IMG/VR virus record: IMGVR_UViG_3300023184_009677
Coordinates: 1,752-65,751 of that record
Length of the DNA: 64,000 bases
From: a virus
Taxonomy: Duplodnaviria > Caudoviricetes
Reading direction: 5' to 3' (one strand)
Shown: piece by piece, positions 19,127 through 29,225 of the stretch
How the letters are laid out: each line of letters starts with the position of its first letter
How positions within the stretch are numbered: the stretch's first letter is position 1
Position numbers and translations under genes: made by a program
The notes under the pieces: model-generated
Seen by the model: the letters and a program-made list of their open reading frames with translations, nothing else
The model's database searches: none
Told to the model about the DNA's origin: nothing

Positions 19127-21229
19127 ATGATTACTATCGAAAAACCTAACAATGTAGTTTCCTCTGGAATTAAAAACGCCGTTTCTTTTGGCATCAAACA
19201 AGAAGGACTGGCTCACATCTTCTCTGTTCTTCGCAACCAACTTTATTCTGATAAGATTCTTGCTGTTATCCGCGAGTATTCGACCAATGCTGTTGACGCT
19301 CATGTTGAAGCTGGTAAGGCATCGTTGCCCATTCATGTGACTCTCCCCTCGCGTTTCAATTCTGTTTTCAAGGTGCGCGATTTTGGTTTGGGTCTTTCCG
19401 AACAGGACATTCAAGACATTTATGCGTTCTATGGTGAATCTACCAAACGCAAGAGCAACCAGATGATTGGGCAGCTTGGTCTGGGCAGCAAATCTGCCTT
19501 TGCCTATGGTGATAACTTTGTTATTACTGCTTTTGTGGATGGCGTAAAGACCACTTACAATGCTTTTATTGACCCCTCGCAGATTGGTAAGATTGCTAAA
19601 CTTGCCTCTGAACCCACCAAAGAAGAAAACGGAGTAGAGATTTCTATTGCCGTCAAGGATTATGATGTTCAATCGTTCCATGACAAGGCTAATAATTTAT
19701 TTCGTTATTTTAAAGTGAAGCCTGTTGTTAATGGTTCGCAGGTTAAGTATGATGAAGCTGAACCCATCATGCAGGGAGCAGATTGGAAAATTACTGGCAA
19801 GTCCAATACTTCCATTGCCATCATGGGCAACATTGGATACCCGATTGACAATCACTTTACTAGCTATCCAATGTTGCCCACGGAGGAGAACATTACCAAT
19901 GCGTTGAGTTGCGGGATTGAGGTTGACTTTGCGATTGGCGATTTGGAAATTTCTGCTTCACGCGAAAAGCTCCAATTTACTGACCGCACCAAGAAGGCTA
20001 TCAAAGACAAGATGACTCGCATCATTAGCGAAGTGTCTGCTGAATTGAATAAGAGGTTCAAGTCTTGTCAAACAATGTTTGATGCTCACAAACTGTATGG
20101 TGAAGTGATGGACTATGGCAGCAACCTGTATATGCTTCGCAACCTTGTCAAGAGCAATCTTGTTTTCAATGGCGTGAAGATTAACTCTGCGAACATTGGT
20201 TTTAATCCTCCTACGGATGGTAGCTATGCAGTCAAGACCTATGAAAAGACTTGGCGTGGCAACAAAGTTCGCTCTTATGAATCGCATGGTATTCAATGCA
20301 ACTCAAACACTTTGCTGATTGACAATGACCTGAATATCAGTTCTGCAATCGTGAATCGTGTTCACACGCCCATCTCTAATGGTAAAAAAGTTTGGCTGTT
20401 GACTTATCGCACTCCTGCTGATAAAGCCAAGTTCCTCTCTGATACTGGTTTGATTGAAGCAAACTTTGTCAAGTTGAGTTCTTTGCCGAAAATTAGCTTG
20501 ACAACGACATCTGGTTCCACCGCCGTAAAGAATACCAAACACTCCAGCAAAGAGTTTGCTTATGACTTTGATTTTGCTGCCAATGCAAACAACTGGCATC
20601 GTAAGCAGAGTGACTTTTGGAAATCGGAAGATGTTGATGTTGCCAATGATTCGGGACTGTATGTTATCATTGACAAGTTTGAATTCAAAAATCAGGAAGG
20701 CAAGATGACCTCTCCTTCAGATTTGAAAAGCATCATTAATTCCTTGAAACATTTTGGGATTGACATTACCAAAGTCTATGGCTTCAAGCAGAAGCATGAG
20801 ACTGAATTAAAAGACAATAAAAACATGGTCAATTTGTTCGACCATATTGCTAGTGAGTTGACTATTTATTTTAATAAAAATAAAATTGCACAAAAAGTTG
20901 CTGACCGCATTAACTATGATGCAAGTGTGACTGATTGGACAAGGTTCATCCAGAAGAATAGTGGCAAGGCAAATGCTAATACCCTGTTCCGTAAGACTGC
21001 CCTGATTGCCGACAAGATGCAGCACAAGAGCGATAAGGTTGTCTTGGATGCGGCGGTTCAATGGAAGGCATATTTTCAGCCTGTTCCTCCTTCTAATGAC
21101 ATGGTAACGCTCATGGAGGCACTTATGGAGACTTATCCCTTGTTCAATAGCATCTCCATCTGGGAGCGCGTGGCTGATAAGAGCAAGATTGAAGCAGTCA
21201 TGCAGTATGTCAACTTGATTGATGGTTAA
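19127..21229 (+). CDS. rIIA: rIIA-like protein with N-terminal GHKL ATPase
   Basis: LYSDK..AVIREYSTNAVDAH, RDFGLGLS, STK, GQLGLGSKSAFAY, SASRE.L. Confidence 0.88.
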   Translation: MITIEKPNNVVSSGIKNAVSFGIKQEGLAHIFSVLRNQLYSDKILAVIREYSTNAVDAHVEAGKASLPIHVTLPSRFNSVFKVRDFGLGLSEQDIQDIYAFYGESTKRKSNQMIGQLGLGSKSAFAYGDNFVITAFVDGVKTTYNAFIDPSQIGKIAKLASEPTKEENGVEISIAVKDYDVQSFHDKANNLFRYFKVKPVVNGSQVKYDEAEPIMQGADWKITGKSNTSIAIMGNIGYPIDNHFTSYPMLPTEENITNALSCGIEVDFAIGDLEISASREKLQFTDRTKKAIKDKMTRIISEVSAELNKRFKSCQTMFDAHKLYGEVMDYGSNLYMLRNLVKSNLVFNGVKINSANIGFNPPTDGSYAVKTYEKTWRGNKVRSYESHGIQCNSNTLLIDNDLNISSAIVNRVHTPISNGKKVWLLTYRTPADKAKFLSDTGLIEANFVKLSSLPKISLTTTSGSTAVKNTKHSSKEFAYDFDFAANANNWHRKQSDFWKSEDVDVANDSGLYVIIDKFEFKNQEGKMTSPSDLKSIINSLKHFGIDITKVYGFKQKHETELKDNKNMVNLFDHIASELTIYFNKNKIAQKVADRINYDASVTDWTRFIQKNSGKANANTLFRKTALIADKMQHKSDKVVLDAAVQWKAYFQPVPPSNDMVTLMEALMETYPLFNSISIWERVADKSKIEAVMQYVNLIDG

Positions 21230-21353
21230 AAAATTTGACTGGCGATTTTTTAGTAGGTTTTAAAATCGTTAGTCTCAAATCGGGAGGGAGTGGGTCAGTA
21301 GGTTTTCCCACTCTCTCCTTGACTTTCATATAAAATTATATTATATTTTAATT

Positions 21354-22106
21354 ATGCAACAACTTGATTTCATTTCAATCGCTCCTTGCGTTTCACCTGT
21401 TAGCGAACAGTTTGACCTCTGGAATCTCAAGATGGATTCCAAGAATAAAGTTCGCGCCAACATTAGCTATAACAAAGTTGAGAAATTCTTCAATTCATTA
21501 GATTCAGAAGTAATTAAAAATTATAAAAATTATTGGCAGTCAGTTGCACCTGTTACTGATTCAGAAAAGTTTCAGCGTTGGTTGTTTGCGTTTATGTCTG
21601 TGCATACGAGTTGGGAATCGAATCTGCGAGGCTATCAGGCAATCAAAGACTGGACAGGGTGGTTCAATCACCCCGACAAGCTAAAAGCTCTCCTAGAGCA
21701 GAGCAGGGTTGGTTTGCACAATAACCGCACTCGCTTTGTTGATACCTTCTCCAAACAATTTTGGAGCAATTCATTAAAATTTAATAAATTATCTTCTGAA
21801 TCTTGGGCAACTTATCGCAATCGTCTTGAGAAAATGATTCTTGGTTTGGGAATGGCTAAAACAAGTTTTGGATTGGAGATGATTTATCCTAATGAGTGCG
21901 AAGTGACTTGCATGGATACTCACCTTTTTCAACTGTATGGGCTTGACCAAACACGCGACTCCGCGCACTACGAAGCGATTGAGAAGCATTGGATTAGTAT
22001 GTGTAAGGCGTGGAGTGTGCCAAGCTATGTGGCTCGTTGCATCTGGTGGGACATTAATCAAAACAAGACTGACTCAAGATACTGGAGCTATGTTTTAGAA
22101 AACTAA
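21354..22106 (+). CDS. HhH-GPD-like DNA glycosylase
   Basis: ILGLGMAKTSF (HhH) followed by CMDTH. Confidence 0.65.
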   Translation: MQQLDFISIAPCVSPVSEQFDLWNLKMDSKNKVRANISYNKVEKFFNSLDSEVIKNYKNYWQSVAPVTDSEKFQRWLFAFMSVHTSWESNLRGYQAIKDWTGWFNHPDKLKALLEQSRVGLHNNRTRFVDTFSKQFWSNSLKFNKLSSESWATYRNRLEKMILGLGMAKTSFGLEMIYPNECEVTCMDTHLFQLYGLDQTRDSAHYEAIEKHWISMCKAWSVPSYVARCIWWDINQNKTDSRYWSYVLEN

Positions 22107-22108
22107 TT

Positions 22109-22318
22109 ATGAAAGTTAAAGAATTAATTACCAGACTACAAAGTTTTGACCCTGAACTGATGGTAGTTTGTCATGGATACGAAGGCGGGGAACACGAAAT
22201 TACAGAATTAACTATAATTGGTTTAAAATTAAATGCTAATAAAGCATGGTATTACGGCGAGCATGAAAAAACTTATGGCGATGAAAAATCTGATGCGATG
22301 GCAGTAAAAATTAATTAA
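22109..22318 (+). CDS. hypothetical phage protein
   Basis: MKVKELI..LQ..DP...V..GYEGG. Confidence 0.6.
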   Translation: MKVKELITRLQSFDPELMVVCHGYEGGEHEITELTIIGLKLNANKAWYYGEHEKTYGDEKSDAMAVKIN

Positions 22319-22476
22319 AATATATATGATTAACAAAATTATCAAATTCCTAAAAGAACTATTCTGTTGCCCTGTTGGGTATGAAGATGAGACTGGTTTC
22401 CATTATGGCGAACCTCCTGTCACGAAAAAAGAGAAAACTGTCTTGACAAAAAAGAAAATTCATCCATACTAGAGAT

Positions 22477-22653
22477 ATGAAATATCAAATCCCCTGCACT
22501 TGGTCAGTTTGTGGAGTATTGGAGATTGAAGCTGCCTCACTTGATGAAGCAATTATAGAAGCCGAAATTGCTCCATTGCCTACTGAATTTGATTATATTG
22601 ATGGTAGTTTTGAAGTGAATGAACCAATGTTAGAATTTTATAACAAAGAATAA
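22477..22653 (+). CDS. hypothetical protein
   Basis: 58-aa ORF after TTGACA promoter; not in track. Confidence 0.55.
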   Translation: MKYQIPCTWSVCGVLEIEAASLDEAIIEAEIAPLPTEFDYIDGSFEVNEPMLEFYNKE

Positions 22654-22656
22654 TTT

Positions 22657-22953
22657 ATGGATTATTACGACAAAGAGTTGAAAGAAGCATTAGCAAAGAT
22701 GCTGCCAGAGAAAACTGTTCAAACGCTTCCTTATGGTAGAGAAGATAATTTGATTTTGTGTTGGGATTTCAACAAACAGCCAATTTTGAATAATGAACTG
22801 TTAGACCTCTGCAATCAGGTTGAATTGACTCTTTCTTGGTCAGAGTATTCGATTTTCAGAAAAGGATTAATGAATCAACTAATGAGGATTGAATCAGCAT
22901 CATGGCAGCAGCGTGTAAAGTCACTCGCAATAACAAAAGGAATTAAAATATGA
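22657..22953 (+). CDS. hypothetical protein
   Basis: ORF. Confidence 0.55.
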   Translation: MDYYDKELKEALAKMLPEKTVQTLPYGREDNLILCWDFNKQPILNNELLDLCNQVELTLSWSEYSIFRKGLMNQLMRIESASWQQRVKSLAITKGIKI

Positions 22954-23375
22954 GATATACTCCTGATAACATTACTAGTTTGGCTAAAAATGAAGTGTTC
23001 GTATTCGGTAGCAATGAATCTGGCGTTCATGGTGCTGGTGCTGCTCTCCTTGCATGGGAAAAGTTTGAAGCAAAGATGGGGCAGGGATTTGGTTTGCAAG
23101 GAAAATGTTTTGCTATCCCCACAAAGGATTGGAGTATAAATGCTCTGCCCATTAATATAATTAATTTTTATGTTGAGCGTTTTCTTCACTTTGCATCAAA
23201 AAATCCTGATTCTATTTTTCTAGTGACGAAAATTGGTTGTGGATTGGCGGGACGCTGTGTTTGGGAAATTGCTCCATTGTTTTTCCAATATGGCAAACCT
23301 AAAGACAATATCATTATGCCAGAAGATTTTTGGATAGCCATGCAGGAGGAAGCAAATTATGATTGTATCTCTTGA
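22950..23375 (+). CDS. A1S_2505-like (macrodomain-like) phage protein
   Basis: VFVFGSN..G.HGAGAA, AIPT, VTKIGCGLAG. Confidence 0.8.
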   Translation: MRYTPDNITSLAKNEVFVFGSNESGVHGAGAALLAWEKFEAKMGQGFGLQGKCFAIPTKDWSINALPINIINFYVERFLHFASKNPDSIFLVTKIGCGLAGRCVWEIAPLFFQYGKPKDNIIMPEDFWIAMQEEANYDCIS

Positions 23376-23553
23376 AACATTCAATGGGGACAAAGATGAA
23401 TTTATTAATTTTAAATTCCATTTAGAAAATGCCAAATCCCACCTGAATACTTGCATATTGTTTGGGGCAAGGGATAACAAATTGCTAGAAGAACTGGATG
23501 ACATTAATTATTATTTGAGAGACATTGTGGTAAAAGACCTTGACAAAGAATGA
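23359..23553 (+). CDS. hypothetical protein
   Basis: ORF. Confidence 0.45.
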   Translation: MIVSLETFNGDKDEFINFKFHLENAKSHLNTCILFGARDNKLLEELDDINYYLRDIVVKDLDKE

Positions 23554-23574
23554 GAAGCTGGTATATTTGATTAT

Positions 23575-24174
23575 ATGAATACATTAACCCTAACATCTTC
23601 TGATTTTAACTCCAATGGAACTTACATTGGTAAAACTGACCTATCCAATTTTGATGGAAATTTGATAATTGAGGCAAGTTATGCTCGTTTTCCTAAATGC
23701 GTCATTGTGACAGGCTTCATTGAAGCTGGTTACTCCATTAAAGCTGGTGACTCCATTAAAGCTGGTGACTGCATTCAAGCTGATGGCTTCATTGAAACTG
23801 ATGGTTCCATTAAAGCTGGTGGCTCCATTCAAACTGGTGGTTGCATTAAAGCTGCTGGTTCCATTCAAGCTGGTAGTTCCATTAAAGCTGCTGGTTCCAT
23901 TCAAGCTGGTGAATACATTGACGCTGGTAGTTCCATTCAAGCTGGTCTATATATTACTTGCAAAGAATTATCTGCAATACTACGCATTTTTGCAGGATTA
24001 TGCTTGTGGAAAATACCTGATGAATCGGAAACTCTTATCACTTGCGAGAAACTCATTATTGGAACTGTTAGTTATGGCAGATTGAACATCGTAGAAGCCA
24101 AGAAAGAAACACCAAGTTGTGCTGGTAAAGTGGTGGAAATTGATGGTAAAAAGTATAAATTAGTTGAGGCTTGA
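23575..24174 (+). CDS. hexapeptide-repeat beta-solenoid protein
   Basis: About 13 tandem 18-nt units (SI[KQ]AG[DGS]) at ~23715-23950. Confidence 0.75.
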   Translation: MNTLTLTSSDFNSNGTYIGKTDLSNFDGNLIIEASYARFPKCVIVTGFIEAGYSIKAGDSIKAGDCIQADGFIETDGSIKAGGSIQTGGCIKAAGSIQAGSSIKAAGSIQAGEYIDAGSSIQAGLYITCKELSAILRIFAGLCLWKIPDESETLITCEKLIIGTVSYGRLNIVEAKKETPSCAGKVVEIDGKKYKLVEA

Positions 24175-24370
24175 CATTTTATAAAAAAATTAATATATTT
24201 AATTATATGAAATTAACAAAAGAGCAAAAACTGGTAATTATGTATGCGTTAAATTTTCTTTATGAAAATGTTGGTTCTGATGTAACTCTGGAAAATGGAA
24301 AAACTTTATCGGATAGTGATATTCGCAAGATAATTGTTGACATTTTATAAAAAGCTGGTATATTAATTTT

Positions 24371-24500
24371 GTTGTTTAACAGCCAGCATTAAGACAATGA
24401 GGGCATAAGGGAAAGCCGTTAGGTGAGTGGATACCACGATTGTAACTGAATGAGAATCCCAAGTGAGCGACCTGATTTTTAATGTTGGCTTTTAGACAAT
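24371..24500 (+). ncRNA. candidate structured ncRNA
   Basis: Begins ~7 nt after TTGACA..TATATT; ends pair (agccagcattaa/ttaatgttggct; ttgtttaa/ttagacaa) and enclose internal hairpins. Confidence 0.55.
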
Positions 24501-24511
24501 TATTTAATTAT

Positions 24512-24766
24512 ATGAACTGTGGATGCGGAAATTCTATTCACCCAGAGAGATTATCTCTTGGATTTAAAGTGTGCGTCATTTGCGGCGAGAAGTTTGCCCA
24601 ACAAAAGAAAAAGTTTGGCTATGTGTCCTATGGGCATAAGACTGCTGGAGCAATCGTGATTACCTCCAAAGCAGCATTTGACAATTACAAAACAGTATCT
24701 TCACGCATGGCAAAGGGGAGCAACATGGGATTTGCTTCCAGAGTGGGAACATTAATTGCAGCTTAA
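24512..24766 (+). CDS. DksA/TraR-like C4 zinc-finger protein
   Basis: CGCG.SIHPERL..G..VCVICG. Confidence 0.6.
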   Translation: MNCGCGNSIHPERLSLGFKVCVICGEKFAQQKKKFGYVSYGHKTAGAIVITSKAAFDNYKTVSSRMAKGSNMGFASRVGTLIAA

Positions 24767-24774
24767 TTAAAAAT

Positions 24775-25446
24775 ATGGATTGCAATCACCAACCAGAAGA
24801 AAAACTTGACAATCTTCCCAAGTTTGAGAAGTTCCAAGATGATGATTATTTTGATAATTATTGGGGTAAAAATTTGCCCTACACTCGACTGAAACGATGG
24901 GTTGAAAGTCAAGAAGGAAATCACATTGATGGAGTATTTCATAAGTTTGTCAATTTGAAATGGTTACTGCCCGAATACCGCACCAAACAGCAGTTTCGTA
25001 ATCATGTAGAAGTTGATACTTTCATTGGTGAAGATAATAAAATTTATTATTATTCAAAGTATTCTTGGAGAACAAAAAGTGCAATGCCAGTTGAAGGCAA
25101 CATAAAAACTGTCTATGTTCACCCTAAAACTAAATTGATTTGTGTTTATCACCCCCAAACTCTCAAAAGTTACAAAAGTAAATGGTTAGAGGAACGCAAT
25201 AAGAAAGTTCGCATTTTGGGAGCATTTGACCAGTTTTACAAAGATAATGGCATTTGGTATCATGTTCAAGCTGAACCTGTAATTGACTTTACCAAAACAT
25301 CTTTGCATGATGCGCGACTTGGCAGGAAAAAATCAGATTCAATCTTGCTTGAAACAACAAACTCTGATGGTAGCTTTGTTAAAATTACCTTGAAACGCCA
25401 ACTAAATGGCAAAGAATTAAAAAAATTTAATTTAATTAATGATTAA
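24775..25446 (+). CDS. hypothetical protein
   Basis: Long ORF; KRQLNGKELK at C-terminus. Confidence 0.65.
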   Translation: MDCNHQPEEKLDNLPKFEKFQDDDYFDNYWGKNLPYTRLKRWVESQEGNHIDGVFHKFVNLKWLLPEYRTKQQFRNHVEVDTFIGEDNKIYYYSKYSWRTKSAMPVEGNIKTVYVHPKTKLICVYHPQTLKSYKSKWLEERNKKVRILGAFDQFYKDNGIWYHVQAEPVIDFTKTSLHDARLGRKKSDSILLETTNSDGSFVKITLKRQLNGKELKKFNLIND

Positions 25447-25617
25447 GATGGGTAATATAGATGATGAAGATATTAATAGGTTTGTGTGCAATTTTATCTG
25501 CTGTTTTTTTATTTAGTTGTTTTTGGGCTTTCCTTGTGCGTTGGTGGGATGGTGATATAAATGATGATGACTACACTTAACCCTTGACAAAAAACGAGAA
25601 TCATATATAGTTAGGGT

Positions 25618-27166
25618 ATGCAAAACAAAAGTTTATATGAAACTCACTATGAAATGCTTCTAGTTCAGTTAGAAAATCTTGAAACTGACTTGGAAGGTTA
25701 TGCTGGTCGTAACTGGCAGGATGAGTATAAAAATTATAATAATCTCTCCACCATTAAAAAGATAAATGTTGTTTCGGCGGCATTAGAGCAATACAAAGAT
25801 TAATTATGAATACCCTAAAAGAAGAATACTCTGAATACTTGAGTGAAATTAGGAAACTTGATAAACAATACTTTAAAAAATGGAAAGAGTATTTTGAATC
25901 TTATGGATTTAAGATTTTTAATGTGAACCTTCTTGGATATGGAAACAGTTTTGAGATGGAATATGCAGGGAAACAATTTTATGTGTCTGCCCAACCTCAA
26001 AGGTATCAGGGCGTTACTGTAAGATGGTTAGTTAAAATGGCTCAATATGGAGACGAATACGATTTTAAAAAACTAATGTCTGAATCTGGGGCAATTAAAT
26101 GGATGAAACAGAACAATGTTGGCAATCTTAACTAATTTATGCACATTTCTGAACAATTCACCTTTCCTTTTGAGAAAAACTACTTGTCTGGTGACAAAAT
26201 TGTTATCAATGGCGATTCTGAACCCTTGTTTGTAGAAGAAGTATTGCATGATAGGCTAATGGTAAGGGATTGGCGAACAGAAGAAGTCTATTCTGTAATG
26301 TTTAATGATTGCCGCCGCGCAAATGAGCTTGACTATCTTTAAAATTCCCATAATATATTTATATGACTGCTGAACCAAAAGAATTGCCAATTTATGTAAT
26401 CACCAGCTCCAACTGGACAATGGAAGTGCAAATGGATGAATATAATTCAAATTTTGACATTGAATCACAAATCATGGAAGCAGGAACCATTGCAGTAGAA
26501 GTTTTCAAAGGAATCAAAGATAAACCTTTTATTCAAATGAACCCTGATTCTGGCAATGACGAGCCTTACATGGGGACAACTATGCTCATTCACCCCAAAG
26601 GGGCTGACCCTGATGATGCGGCGGTTGTATTTACCCATGTTTGTTATGCCAATGTGGGACTCTACAAAGAATCTTTTGAACTGCAAAAAACCCTTGAAAA
26701 ACAAATTGAGGACATTCAAAAATCTCAATTAGAAAAAGAATTGCAGCGCAAAAAGGAGCATGACCAATCCCTCCAGATGTTTGATGAATTAAAGAAGGAA
26801 CTGGCAGCAAAGAAAAAGATTAAGAAAAAGAAGAAAACTGATGATGAAGATGATGCAATTTAATTAAAATTTAATATAATTATGAAATCTACCAAAAAGA
26901 TATTAGAGAAGTTCACAGTCAATCAACTCAATAAATTAATTGAAAAAAATGTCCCTTGCATGGTCTATGAAAATTATCATGGTTGGATAATGGTAGAAAA
27001 TTGGCAATGGTTGGAGCCTAATGAAAATTATGCTGACCCCGAAAACGAAGAATACCAATACAGCGATGGGTCTTTTTGTGGACTGGTTGCGGAAGCTCGT
27101 GGGCATCACTATCCATACATGACTCTTGGCAAGGTTATGGTGGGAAAAGAGATTGGAATTAAGTAA
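25618..27166 (+). CDS. run of five hypothetical proteins (25618-25803, 25806-26135, 26139-26342, 26363-26863, 26882-27166)
   Basis: Contiguous ORFs, some with sigma70 promoters; no recognised motifs. Confidence 0.55.
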
Positions 27167-27214
27167 CAAATTTACCAAGTGCAATGCTTGGCAATGAGGT
27201 GGGTTGGGAGAACT

Positions 27215-27249
27215 GGAGTGCTGACCTTTAAAAGTTGGCACTCCTTTTT
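27215..27249 (+). terminator. Rho-independent terminator
   Basis: ggagtgctgac/gttggcactcc followed by TTTTT. Confidence 0.75.
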
Positions 27250-27976
27250 GTAATTAAAATTTAATATAATTAGATTTTGTATCTGAAAAGGGGCAAAGTG
27301 GGGCGAGATGGGGTATATGAGTATCTTTTGATATATAGATGGGCATTTATAGATATATAAAACTCTTTTGTTATTAATTTATCCTATGTATTGACCAATT
27401 ACAAGGAAGAATTTTAAAATGTCAAGGGCGGGGCAACAAAGGGCTGGAGGTATTGATTAAGGATTAGATGGGGGAAGACACAAAAAAGGATAATTTTATA
27501 GGTTTATTTTTTTAATTATAAATACCCCCAAAAAACCCAAAATTTGAACAAAATTCTTTTTAAATAACCAACCTTAAACACATATAAATCAACGATTTAT
27601 GCTGTTTCCCTTGACAAAGAATGAAATACAGCGTATATTCATCTCAAGGAAGGAAAAAAGCCAAAGACCAGAGTATAGTATAAGATACCATAAGATAAAG
27701 AAACAATTAATAAGTAGATACAGATACATAAAGGAATGTATATAGATATTTATTAATGATTATAAAATTGGGTCGTATGCGAAATTTATTTAATTTATTA
27801 TAATTTAATATAATTACATTCTTGTCAAACCTACTTTTGTTCATTCCCTACCTATGAAAACTATAAAAAAACATAATGTTTATCGTGTTAATAATCGCCG
27901 TGTGGGTTTTTGGTATTTATCTAAAATCTGAAAAAAACTATTGACTAAAAATTAAAACTCCTATATATTTACCCCT

Positions 27977-28414
27977 ATGAATAATGTTATCCCCAACTAC
28001 AATCCCGAACAACACAAAATTCCTATTAAGTGGTTTAATACCAATAAAATCAAGCATATTAAGTTTGGAAAGAATGAAGAAGTTGTTAAAAACTGCACCA
28101 CACTTAACTATCCAGCAAATTCAATCTTAATTAAGTTTCATAGTGAAAACTTGGTTGAGGTGAACTTTATGGGCGTGCCCAAATTCCCCAATGCAGTAGA
28201 TTGGTGGAGCAAACGAGTGCCCCGCGACAATGTGCTGGTCTATAAGAGTTCCACCAGAGTGCCTGATAACAATGGCGGATACACCTTTATTAAATCAAAA
28301 GAATTTAATGAATTGCAGTTTAAGACTGGAGTAAAGGTCAATAGGCATGAGGATTCCCTAACCTTAAATGAAATGATGACTTATATTAACTATATAATTA
28401 AGCAAATCAGTTAA
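27977..28414 (+). CDS. hypothetical protein
   Basis: ORF after TTGACT promoter. Confidence 0.55.
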   Translation: MNNVIPNYNPEQHKIPIKWFNTNKIKHIKFGKNEEVVKNCTTLNYPANSILIKFHSENLVEVNFMGVPKFPNAVDWWSKRVPRDNVLVYKSSTRVPDNNGGYTFIKSKEFNELQFKTGVKVNRHEDSLTLNEMMTYINYIIKQIS

Positions 28415-28473
28415 AAAAATTTGAACAAAATAATTTTCAAATATGCTTGACCTTGATGTAATCTTATGTTAAG

Positions 28474-28758
28474 ATGCCATCATCAAGAGTAAAAATCAAA
28501 AAACCAACAATTAGGCACAAAGATTTATCAGGTGATAATGTGTATGGCTATGCCATGCAAGAAGATTTTGAAATTGAGATTGACCCAAAACAAAGTAGCA
28601 AAGAATATTTAAATACTTTAATACATGAGATGTTGCATTGCTTCTTGCCAGATTTGCAAGAAAGGTTTGTAGTAAGGATGGCAGACATTATGGCTGATGA
28701 AGTATGGAAAAGAGGCTATAAGAGACTTTCTAAATTGAATAAGAAAATTCGTAAATAA
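28474..28758 (+). CDS. small HExxH metallopeptidase-like protein
   Basis: IEIDP....YLNTLIHEMLH. Confidence 0.65.
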   Translation: MPSSRVKIKKPTIRHKDLSGDNVYGYAMQEDFEIEIDPKQSSKEYLNTLIHEMLHCFLPDLQERFVVRMADIMADEVWKRGYKRLSKLNKKIRK

Positions 28759-28846
28759 CGGCAGATTTGAAAGATTTTTTAAGTAAATAACGAAAAAATA
28801 GCAAATTTCTTTAAAAATTAATAATATTTAATATAATTACATAAAC

Positions 28847-29146
28847 ATGAGCGAAAATCCAAAATTGAATGAAAATGGCGTAAATAACGCTACGGCAGCA
28901 ACCCCCACCCCCGCAAAAGAGACCAAAAGTTTAACAGACTTGTATTCAAAGACTTACACAGAAGTTTTTAATAAATTAACAAAAGCAGAGCAAGATAGGA
29001 TTTTAAAAGATTTGCAAAAGCCAGCAGAGGTTATCAGAGGCGAGGAAGTGCAATACCCCGAAGTTAGCAAGTTTCTTAAAGAAGTGTGCCGCAAAGCAGA
29101 AGGTGAGTATGATAAGCAGTTTGTTAAACAAGAACCCAAAAAGTAA
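28847..29146 (+). CDS. hypothetical protein
   Basis: ORF. Confidence 0.55.
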   Translation: MSENPKLNENGVNNATAATPTPAKETKSLTDLYSKTYTEVFNKLTKAEQDRILKDLQKPAEVIRGEEVQYPEVSKFLKEVCRKAEGEYDKQFVKQEPKK

Positions 29147-29225
29147 TTATATTAAATAAAAATTACTTTAAAATTATTTTTTTTATTGTTGACCCCAACT
29201 GAAGTCTCTGGTAGATTACTTGCCT

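Noticed and set aside
17832-21061. Long antisense ORFs over rIIB/rIIA, and similar shadows over DUF932, phoH, ruvB
   Set aside because: Opposite-strand shadows of well-supported genes
24371-24500. Hammerhead ribozyme call for the candidate RNA
   Set aside because: ctgaatgag does not match CUGANGA with correctly placed GAAA and stems
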